This document shows positions 48,974 to 57,596 of a stretch of DNA of 64,000 nt, piece after piece. The notes under the pieces are model-generated. The model did not search any database. It was not told where the DNA came from and saw only the letters and a program-made list of their open reading frames with translations. The position numbers and the translations under genes were made by a program. This stretch comes from Coprothermobacterota bacterium (GTDB taxonomy: Bacteria; Coprothermobacterota; Coprothermobacteria; Coprothermobacterales; Coprothermobacteraceae): contig JAZIGN010000003.1 of assembly GCA_036679065.1 (NCBI GenBank), positions 288,001 through 352,000 of the forward strand, written 5' to 3'. Numbering within the stretch: position 1 is the first letter of the stretch; every line of letters begins with the position of its first letter.

Positions 48974-49300
48974 ATGCTGCAGTGTGACGAGGCAGGGAAA
49001 ACACTTTTAGGCATGCCGGAAAACTATAGAGAGTTTTTCGATTTACCAATGGAAGAGGGCAGTCCAGACCGCTGGTGGCTTTGGGTAAATACCCCAGAAG
49101 GCTTGGTAAAAGCACTTTCCGCACTGGAACTTGATCAATGGAGATACAAGTTGGAGGCAAAAATGTTAGAAGAAATGCGTGCCAAACCGACTATGAAGAT
49201 ATCTTATGATGAAGGTATGCAGCGCTGGTATGAGAAAACCAAACCTGCCATCATCAGCGACATAACCAGGAAGTTAAAGAAACACTTGCGTGATCTATGA
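48974..49300 (+). CDS. Hypothetical protein
   Basis: GGAGGT RBS, 108-aa ORF. Confidence 0.6.
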   Translation: MLQCDEAGKTLLGMPENYREFFDLPMEEGSPDRWWLWVNTPEGLVKALSALELDQWRYKLEAKMLEEMRAKPTMKISYDEGMQRWYEKTKPAIISDITRKLKKHLRDL

Positions 49301-49957
49301 CGGCTTTAAAGGTAAAAGTAAAGGTTTCAACGTGAATACACCTGCGCAGTAAGAGATTTGATCATACGTGCATTCATATACATGGGAAAGTACATTAATA
49401 ATTCCCTCTGCTACGAGATAGAATTCTTCATCATCCCACAGGCTTTGGTAATGCTTCCTGCAGGTTTCCAAATTAACCCGTTTTTCGAAGGATATATCGC
49501 CTATGAATGCTGTTCCTTGCGGTTTAAGAAGCGTAGCCAAACTTAGGAGTATTTCAATCTGTTTTTCTTCATTTAAGTGGTGCAGCGCGTACGTACTTAT
49601 TACATAATCATAATAGCCTGCTTGCTCCAGTAAACGTTCGGGCAGTCCGTTAGAGAAATCCCACTGGATAATGGTTGCATCAGGCATCTTTTCTTTGGCA
49701 GCTGTTAACATATTTGAAGAACAATCTAATGCGGTTATCCTGCTTCCAGCTTCATAAAGCATTGAAGAAAGTACGCCTGTACCTACTCCCAAGTCAAGAA
49801 TTTTGGCATCGTTCTTAGGATTTACTCGGTCCCAAATAAATGAAAGTACTTTGCTGTAGCCGGCAAAAGGGTATTTGTTCTTATGGTCAGACTCAAATAC
49901 ATCTTCGTCGTATTTTTCTGCCCATCTGTCGAATAGGTTTTCTTTAGAGAAATTCAC
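49295..49957 (-). CDS. Class I SAM-dependent methyltransferase
   Basis: ILDLGVGTG, STYALHHL. Confidence 0.88.
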   Translation of the reverse strand: MNFSKENLFDRWAEKYDEDVFESDHKNKYPFAGYSKVLSFIWDRVNPKNDAKILDLGVGTGVLSSMLYEAGSRITALDCSSNMLTAAKEKMPDATIIQWDFSNGLPERLLEQAGYYDYVISTYALHHLNEEKQIEILLSLATLLKPQGTAFIGDISFEKRVNLETCRKHYQSLWDDEEFYLVAEGIINVLSHVYECTYDQISYCAGVFTLKPLLLPLKPS

Positions 49958-49985
49958 TTTTTACCGACCGTTTATATCGTTTAAG

Positions 49986-50507
49986 CTAATAAGGTAATGA
50001 TGGTGGTTGCTGCTTAGAACTAAACGCTCCGGCAATATGCATCACGCCGGCAATGAGCAAAGCGATACCAGTTAAGACAGGTAGTGACAAAGCTGCAACA
50101 AACGGGTTAAGTATGATTAAGAATCCCGCTATTAGGAGTAGTACGTTAAGGATTATACTAGTGATGTACATTGCACTGCTTATGAGTTTGTAGAAGCCAG
50201 CTCTGGTAAGTCCTAACACACCCTCAATAAAAAACCATATGCCAATGATGAATCCTAGAGCGCTTACAGCAAAGGCTGGTCGCGTCAAGAGAATAATCCC
50301 CAAGATTATGGCTATTATTCCGTATATTAGGTTAGCAGTAGACTCTTTGTATTTGAAGAGAAAAATAACGCCACTTACTAAGACTGCAATACCTACCAAA
50401 ATAGCTAATGTAGTCATAGTAGCTGCTGGATTAGTTAAAACCAAAATGCCCACAATAATCATCAAAATGCCAATAAGCAAATTGGTCCAGTCAAAACGCG
50501 ATTCCAT
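49986..50507 (-). CDS. HdeD/DUF308 family membrane protein
   Basis: Repeated G....G....P hydrophobic hairpins. Confidence 0.8.
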   Translation of the reverse strand: MESRFDWTNLLIGILMIIVGILVLTNPAATMTTLAILVGIAVLVSGVIFLFKYKESTANLIYGIIAIILGIILLTRPAFAVSALGFIIGIWFFIEGVLGLTRAGFYKLISSAMYITSIILNVLLLIAGFLIILNPFVAALSLPVLTGIALLIAGVMHIAGAFSSKQQPPSLPY

Positions 50508-50548
50508 AACAAATCGCCTCCCCTTTGTGTGTGTATTTATGCTGGTTA

Positions 50549-51619
50549 TTATAACATAGGGATGCCTGCAGCTAGACATTCCTCCATTGTTTCCTGGGGC
50601 CAAACGCTTGCTTGTACTTCGCCGATGTGCACTTTTCTGAGAAAAATCATGCAGAGGCGTGATTGACCAATGCCTCCACCCATGGTTAAAGGAAGTTTAC
50701 CACTAAGCAATCTTTTGTGATAGGGGAGGTCTTTCTTGTGAAGTTCACCTCTAAAGTCTAACTGTTCAAGTAGGGACTTAGAATTCACTCTTATGCCCAT
50801 GGAAGAAAGTTCCACGGCTTGGTCTAAAAGAGGATAATACACAATGATGTCACCATTTAAGCCATGATAACCTTTTTCTGTTACGGTGATCCAGTCATCG
50901 TAGTCTGCTGCTCTCCCGTCGTGCGGAAGCCCATCTTTAAGTGGATAGCCAATACCTATAATAAACACGGCCCCAAAGGTTTTCACCACAGCGTCTTCTC
51001 GTTCTTTAGGGGAGAGATCAGGATACATCTTCTGCAGCTCCTCACTGTGAATGAAATGAATCCTTGAAGGCAAAAAAGGGCCTGGCAAACTAGGGAAACG
51101 TTTGCACATGTCACGTTCAGTGTCTCTGATTATTCTGTATATTTTCCTGACCACGCGTTTGAGGAATGGTAGGTTTCTTTCTGCTTCTGTGATTACTATT
51201 TCCCAATCCCATTGATCCACGTAAAAGGAATGAAGGTTGTCTACCAACTCATCAGGTCTTATGGCGTTCATATCAGTGTAAATACCTTCACCAGATAGAA
51301 AGCCATACCTGTGCAAGGCTTCTCTTTTCCATTTAGCTAAAGATTGGACAATTTCCACTTGGCTACCGTCTTTTGTGGTAAAGCTGACGGGTTTTTCAAC
51401 ACCGTTCAAGTTATCGTTTAAGCCTGTGTGGGCATTGACCATGAGTGGGGCAGATACTCTCTGCACATTGAGTGCTTTGCTCAATTTCCTTTGAAATGAG
51501 TTTTTTATCAGCTTTATGGCTACTTCTGTTTCCCTAACATCGAGGTAGGGGGAGTAAGATCGTGGTAATTTCAGTCTGCTCTTCGCTTTCATTTCCAAAC
51601 CTGTATGCAATCCCAGCAC
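50549..51619 (-). CDS. asnA: Aspartate-ammonia ligase
   Basis: NDNLNG, VQSLAKWKR, YVDQWDWE, HDGRA.DYDDW, GGGIGQSR. Confidence 0.95.
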   Translation of the reverse strand: MLGLHTGLEMKAKSRLKLPRSYSPYLDVRETEVAIKLIKNSFQRKLSKALNVQRVSAPLMVNAHTGLNDNLNGVEKPVSFTTKDGSQVEIVQSLAKWKREALHRYGFLSGEGIYTDMNAIRPDELVDNLHSFYVDQWDWEIVITEAERNLPFLKRVVRKIYRIIRDTERDMCKRFPSLPGPFLPSRIHFIHSEELQKMYPDLSPKEREDAVVKTFGAVFIIGIGYPLKDGLPHDGRAADYDDWITVTEKGYHGLNGDIIVYYPLLDQAVELSSMGIRVNSKSLLEQLDFRGELHKKDLPYHKRLLSGKLPLTMGGGIGQSRLCMIFLRKVHIGEVQASVWPQETMEECLAAGIPML

Positions 51620-51793
51620 CCCTTTCTCTCATGCCCAACTTTTTTGTATGAAGGCAATTATAGTGGCTTAATGGCACTATGTGAAGAGAAAAGGAGAAGC
51701 ATCAATTAAGTTTCAGTTAACTTGTTATTACGAAAAAAGGAAGAGCCATCAGGCTCCTCCTTTAAAAGTCGCTTCTGCTTTGCGGTTGCTAGC

Positions 51794-52399
51794 TTAGAAT
51801 TGCTTTGCCAACTGCTCGGCTTCCTTCATGGCATCGGAAACACGCTTCTCCACGTCTTCACCGATGATGTCAAGTCGCTGTGCAGCTATTAGGGAAACAT
51901 CTTCCACGCCGAAGAACTTAAACATGGTGGTTACGTATTTACTTGCAAAGTCCCATTGGTCAAAAGGCGGAGTAAGGTATTCGCCACCTGTGGTCATGAT
52001 AACCACGGCTTTCTTGTTCTTAAGTAAACCAACAGCTCCATTTTCTGTGTATTTAAACGTAATGCCGGTTACTGTGATGTAATCAAAGTAAGCCTTTAAT
52101 ATGGCTGGAATGCTTAGGTTCCACATGGGAGTTGCTATGACGTATTTGTCTGCTTCTGCAAACTGGTATGTGTATTTGAGAACTGGATGATCCTTTAGGT
52201 TGGATTTGTCTTTAGACATTATGGTGTTGATCTCTTCTCTTGACAAGAAATGGATGTTCTCCTTGTACAAATCCAATTCGATTATCTCATCCTCTGGGTG
52301 AGCTTTTTTGTATTCGTTAATAAAATGCTCTGAAATTCTGAATGTACGTGATTCCTCGTTGTTTTTTGGGTTAGCCTTGACATAAAGCACCTTTGCCAT
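51794..52399 (-). CDS. azoR: FMN-dependent NADH-azoreductase
   Basis: PMWNLSIPAILKAYFD, GITFKYTE.G. Confidence 0.88.
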   Translation of the reverse strand: MAKVLYVKANPKNNEESRTFRISEHFINEYKKAHPEDEIIELDLYKENIHFLSREEINTIMSKDKSNLKDHPVLKYTYQFAEADKYVIATPMWNLSIPAILKAYFDYITVTGITFKYTENGAVGLLKNKKAVVIMTTGGEYLTPPFDQWDFASKYVTTMFKFFGVEDVSLIAAQRLDIIGEDVEKRVSDAMKEAEQLAKQF

Positions 52400-52627
52400 G
52401 TTCTTTCAACCTCCTCATAGCTTTACAAAGTGTTATCTGTTTCACGATTAGAATTATAACCATTCAAGACAAATGTCATTCACACATTAGAATGGGTCAT
52501 AATAAACTTTTTTTAACAAAACGGGAACATGACACCGCAGTATATCTAAGCAGCAATTACCGGAAAAGCAAAAACTATTTGTGCGCCTGACAAAAGCACT
52601 TAACAATAAAACGGTTTAAATTATGGT

Positions 52628-53596
52628 TTATAGCCATTTTCTACTTCTAAGAAAGAGCGTCATGGCAATTACAGAGACAGCCATGAGTGTTAACGCCCAA
52701 ACGTAGCCGTATGTCCAATGAAATTCAGGCATATCGAAATTCATACCGTAGATACCGGTGATCACGGTGAGTGGCATCATTATGGTGGTTATAGCTGTTA
52801 GCACCTTCATTATGTTGTTCATATTGTTTGACACACTGGACAAATAAGCATCCATGGAGGTGAAAACCATGTCGTGGTACATGTCAATCATGTCCAGAAG
52901 ATGCATCAGGTGGTCATAGAGGTCCATGAGGTACATTCTGTTTTCCTCAGAAGATTGCATGGAATCATGTCTCATCATTAAGCTGAGTACATCCAGGTTG
53001 TTTGACACGCTCTTTCTCATTTGGTTTATTTCTTGCCTCAATTTAAAAATCTCATTTAGCACTTGTTGGTTTGGTCGCTGAAATATTCGTTCTTCAATTG
53101 TCTTCAGCTTATTATCAATCTTATCAAGTATGGGGAAGTAGTTTGCTATGAGTCCATCAAGCAGGTTGTAAAGCAAAAAACCGACACCCCTATTGAGTAA
53201 TTCGGGCTCACTTTTAATAGTGTTTATGGTATCTTCTATGAAATTGACATCTTTTTGATGTACTGTGACCAAGTAGTTCTTAGAGATGAATGCTGAAAAC
53301 TGCGACAGTTTGACAACACTTCCTTTGTTTGATGCTATGGTTGCTTCCATTAGGAGGAACGAGTAGTTTCCGTAACTGTAGAACTTCGGTCTTTCTCCTT
53401 CCTTCAGGGCGCTCTCTACGGCAATTGCGTGAAAGTGAAAACCTTCTTCAAGTAACTTTGCTTCCTCTTGACTGGGTTTTGTCAAATCGACCCAAATGGT
53501 TTTTTGCGTGTCACTTATGGCAGTAAGTACCTGTTTTGGGTCTGTCATTTCTTCTAAATTCGAAGTCTGATTATCGTATACAAGAACTCTCAGCAC
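52628..53596 (-). CDS. corA: Magnesium/cobalt transporter CorA
   Basis: WVDL, MN..MKVLT, YGMNF..MPE..W..GY. Confidence 0.93.
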   Translation of the reverse strand: MLRVLVYDNQTSNLEEMTDPKQVLTAISDTQKTIWVDLTKPSQEEAKLLEEGFHFHAIAVESALKEGERPKFYSYGNYSFLLMEATIASNKGSVVKLSQFSAFISKNYLVTVHQKDVNFIEDTINTIKSEPELLNRGVGFLLYNLLDGLIANYFPILDKIDNKLKTIEERIFQRPNQQVLNEIFKLRQEINQMRKSVSNNLDVLSLMMRHDSMQSSEENRMYLMDLYDHLMHLLDMIDMYHDMVFTSMDAYLSSVSNNMNNIMKVLTAITTIMMPLTVITGIYGMNFDMPEFHWTYGYVWALTLMAVSVIAMTLFLRSRKWL

Positions 53597-54328
53597 AGTC
53601 TTACCCCCTTTTCTGCGATATTATCTATTTTAAGCTTTTTTTCGGATTTCATAGTAACCGAACATATACATATCAGAGAATAGGTACTAGGTTTACCATG
53701 AAACTTTTATAGGTCTACTCACCTGAGCTAACGGATTCATGCTTTAGAAGTGCCTTACTTTTTTGAGGTTGCATTTCGTCTTTATCGATAGAAAACATCC
53801 ACGCTTGCAGGTTTAATAATGCATTTTGCTATCCAAAAGTTGAGGGTATCAACAATGCAGAGGCACCCGTACTGTACCTAACAAAGAGAGTATTTACTTC
53901 TTGCTCTTTTTAGTAAGCCAGGTTGTTTAGCTTCGGTGTCTTTCGCTGTCAAAAACGGAAAGAATAGCTAAAATTCTTTTAGGCGCTTCAGGAAGAATAG
54001 GTCTTAGCGGGCGGCAGAGTTTTTTGGTGGTTATACTGGAAAACCTTCAGTTAAACTAGACGTTGTATTCTTAAAAAAAGTACCAAACGGCACAATCCGC
54101 TGTTGTGCAGGAAGTGAACAATGGACTGACTAGAAGCAGGCATAACAGAGCACTGATTTTAAACCTCTAGTTCCATTTCTTTTGTTTATGTTTACCCCCT
54201 CTACAGCGCCGCCTTAGAGACTTATAAACAATACTTCGCATTGAAATAGCATCACGAATAGCTAAGTGGCAAGCTATGCACCATAATAATGGTATACGCA
54301 CGTTTAGTGCATGAAGGAAGAGGTGCAA

Positions 54329-55354
54329 ATGATGAGCAAGCTTTTTACCCCTTTGCAGATTAAGGGACTTAGTTTAAAGAATCGCATTGGGATGTCTCCC
54401 ATGTGCATGTACTGTGCAGGTGAAGATGGGTTAGCCACTGACTGGCATTTTGTCCATTATTCTACTAGGGCTGTTGGTGGGGTGGGTTTAATACTTCAGG
54501 AAGCTACCGCAGTGGAGAAAAGAGGACGCATAACAGCGAATGATCTTGGGCTTTGGGACGACAGTCAAATTGATCCGTTGAAACGGATCGTGGATTTCGT
54601 ACATGGTGTGGGATGCAAAATAGGTGTTCAGCTGGGGCATGCTGGTAGAAAATGCGAAGTCGAGGGGGAACACATTGTGGCTCCGTCAGCCATGCATTGG
54701 AGTGACAGCTACCCCGTACCAGAGGAACTAACTATGGCTGATATACAGAAAATTGTTCAGGCTTTCGCTGAGGCAGGGAAAAGGGCAGTAAAGGCTGGAT
54801 TTGACGCGTTAGAAATCCATGCTGCTCACGGTTACCTTATCCATGAATTCTTGTCACCTTTATCAAACAAAAGAACTGATAAATACGGCGGGGGAATAGA
54901 AAACAGGGTTAGGTTCCTCAGGGAAGTTCTCGAGGCAGTAAGAAGCAATGTTCCAGAGGATATTCCCATTTTCATGCGCGTTTCGGCAACCGATTACGTA
55001 GAAGGCGGGCTCGATATTGATGAGACCATAGCCATCGTGAACATGGTGAAGGATTTGGTTGATGTTGTGGACTGTAGCTCGGGCGGGCTCTTGTCGCCAC
55101 GCATCGACCTTTATCCAGGCTATCAAATCGGGTTTGCAGAGGCAGTAAAAAGGGAAACGGGTGTAGCTACTGCTGCTGTAGGCCTAATAACAAGTCCTGA
55201 AATGGCTGAAGAAATCATAGGTAACCAGAGAGCAGACTTAGTTTTGCTGGGTAGGGTCCTTTTAAGGCAGCCTTATTGGCCGTTGTATGCCGCTCATTTC
55301 CTAAAGGCGGACGTGGGATATCCAAAACAATATGAACGTGGCAGGTATCAGTGA
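54329..55354 (+). CDS. namA: NADPH dehydrogenase, old yellow enzyme family (NamA/YqjM)
   Basis: SPMCMY, QLGHAGRK, HAAHGYL..FLSP..N.R.D.YGG. Confidence 0.9.
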   Translation: MMSKLFTPLQIKGLSLKNRIGMSPMCMYCAGEDGLATDWHFVHYSTRAVGGVGLILQEATAVEKRGRITANDLGLWDDSQIDPLKRIVDFVHGVGCKIGVQLGHAGRKCEVEGEHIVAPSAMHWSDSYPVPEELTMADIQKIVQAFAEAGKRAVKAGFDALEIHAAHGYLIHEFLSPLSNKRTDKYGGGIENRVRFLREVLEAVRSNVPEDIPIFMRVSATDYVEGGLDIDETIAIVNMVKDLVDVVDCSSGGLLSPRIDLYPGYQIGFAEAVKRETGVATAAVGLITSPEMAEEIIGNQRADLVLLGRVLLRQPYWPLYAAHFLKADVGYPKQYERGRYQ

Positions 55355-55383
55355 GCTCACGCTCAGCAAAAGGGAAGGTGACA

Positions 55384-56117
55384 ATGGTGTTGGAAACTGA
55401 TCTGCAGCCTCACATCAGGTTGGGCAGAAATCACTCAGCTGATTATGCTCTTTTACCGGGCGATCCGGGTAGGGTTAAACGCATTGCTGCGTTTTTAGAT
55501 GATGTGGAAGAGCTTGCATACAACCGCGAGTTCTACAGCGTTCGTGGTAAATACAAAGGGGTATCAGTGTTGGCTGTTTCTACTGGCATTGGCGGCCCCT
55601 CTACGGGGATAGCTGTTGAAGAACTTAACAAGATAGGCGTAAAAACGATGATACGCATTGGGAGTTGTGGTGCCCTTCAGGACAATATGAAAGTGGGCGA
55701 CCTTGTAATTGCTCAAGCAGCTGTACGCGATGAAGGCACATCGAAAACATATATAGACCTCTTGTCCCCGCCCGCATTGTGATGTTCGCTATTTTGAAGT
55801 GTGCCAGGGAGCTGAACTATAGACATTACTGTGGCATCATAAGAAGCCACGATAGCTTTTACACAGACAGAGAGAATGAAATAGACAATTACTGGAGCGA
55901 GAGAGGCGTATTGGCTGCTGATATGGAGACAGCAGCTTTGTTTGTCATAGGACGTTTGCGAGAAGTCAGAACGGCTTCTATACTAAACGTGGTAACTGAA
56001 AAGACGGCAAGTTTGGAGCAGAGCATCAACGACTATGCCAGTGGAGAACCAGCAGCAGCTAGGGGGGGGGAAAGGGAAAATAATATTACCCCCGACGCTT
56101 TCCTTTTTCGGGCTTAG
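55384..56117 (+). pseudogene. Uridine/nucleoside phosphorylase, frameshifted
   Basis: PGDPGR, GIGGPS, RIGSCG, RDEGTS in one frame; SHDSFY, DMETA in another; break near 55760-55785. Confidence 0.8.
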
Positions 56118-56477
56118 AATTGTCTTCCACTTGAACTGTAAAAGAAGAGCTCCACTGTGTATCGGTCGTCCAAAATAGGTAGTTGAGCACACCTTTTTGT
56201 CCCCATGGATTAACAGGGGAACCACCTGCGCCCGTGCTGGCGGCAGGTACCAGGCTGGTCCAGTCAATAGAGGAAGGATAATCACGATAGCGATGATGCA
56301 TGTGCCTAAGCTCCGCTTTCACATGTCGCTAAGGCGCCATTTTTAAACCCTTACTTGTTTATACACGCTGGGAAATCTCTGGGCCTCCCAGTAAAATCAT
56401 AACGCTGTTAAAAGATATGGGTTATTCGCATTTAGAGTATTACATGAGATAGCACATGGTTGGTGCTCTTTTTAGGG

Positions 56478-57415
56478 CTAGTCGACCTCTTTGCCCTTGA
56501 TCGAAAACTGTTGTACTGTTGCCTTAAAACCTTCTTCGTCTTTCGGAGCCCACGTAGACACTTCAGGTTCAGGGGGTGTTACAAAATGTTCGCTTGAATC
56601 ACCTGAAACATGATAAATAAGTAATGGATTGAATTGGGTAAAAGGTGCCAATTCCCTGTCAGGTGTCTTAGGAGAGAAAGTGACTATTATCGATTCTACT
56701 GAGTTAGGCGCTATCGTGACTTGCTGGTAAGGTCCTCTCCTGTTTGTACTAACTGTAGACGTTGAAGAAGCTGCAGCGTCGGGAGGTAAATACATCTTCG
56801 CATCTAAATCAGTGCCAGTAGGACTAACCCCATCAACAATCACTTCCTTACTGCATGTGTTTCGAAGACCGAAAAGTTTGGTGGGATCGAGAAAATAGGG
56901 GTGCCAAGATCGCTTTTCTGCTTTAAGGCAAGGTGTCGCGTCTGATGGCTCTCGCACTTTAATGATCCAGTGGACTGGGAAAACGAAATTATTTTTCGTT
57001 CCTGCAACTTTCACACTGGTTATTTCATGTACGCCTTCTGTTAAGTTTGATAGCTCCACTGTCAGATAAGAAAATTTGTATTGACGGTTTGTACCGTAAG
57101 TCTGGATGAAATCTGCGGGCCAGTATATCCAAGCGTTTTCAGAGGTAGGTTCTCCATCCATGACTACATTAAAGGCGGCTTGTGTATACTGTTGGGGGTA
57201 CTCATAGTCTTCTCCAGTACCGACCTCATTATGGGTATGTACGCTATAGCCTTTTCGTCTGTGGTAATGCCTGTGTAACCTTCCCACTTTGCTAAGTAAA
57301 GTCCGTCTTCCAGTTTACTTTGTTGTGTAGCACAACCAATCAGTGACAGGCAAACTAGGAGCAAACAGCTCAGAGTGGTTATCCGAAACATTCTCTTATT
57401 TCCACTCTTATACAT
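56478..57415 (-). pseudogene. Frameshifted lipoprotein gene
   Basis: Lipobox LIGC in the 57164-57415 frame, body in the overlapping 56478-57287 frame. Confidence 0.65.
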
Positions 57416-57552
57416 TTAGTCCCCTTCCTTTTTCCACCTCGTGCATGGGTGTGGATTCCCTACATGTATGTTAGATTACTTTTGTTGTCTGGTGCCCCTC
57501 TACATAAAGTAACACTTACATATTGGAAAAGATTTTCTAAACAAGGCTTGGT

Positions 57553-57580
57553 AAAAGGGGGCCGGCTTTCGGCCAGCCCC
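57553..57580 (-). terminator. Terminator of the 985-aa subtilase gene
   Basis: GGGGCTGGCC-GAAA-GCCGGCCCCC then TTTT on the minus strand. Confidence 0.7.
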
Positions 57581-57596
57581 GTTATAAGCAGTTGTT

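Noticed and set aside
53690..53740. M-box (ykoK) Mg2+ riboswitch upstream of corA (CCGTTAG...GGTGAG on the minus strand)
   Set aside because: Only a few nucleotides resemble the motif, downstream conserved elements are not visible, and there is too little room before the start codon.
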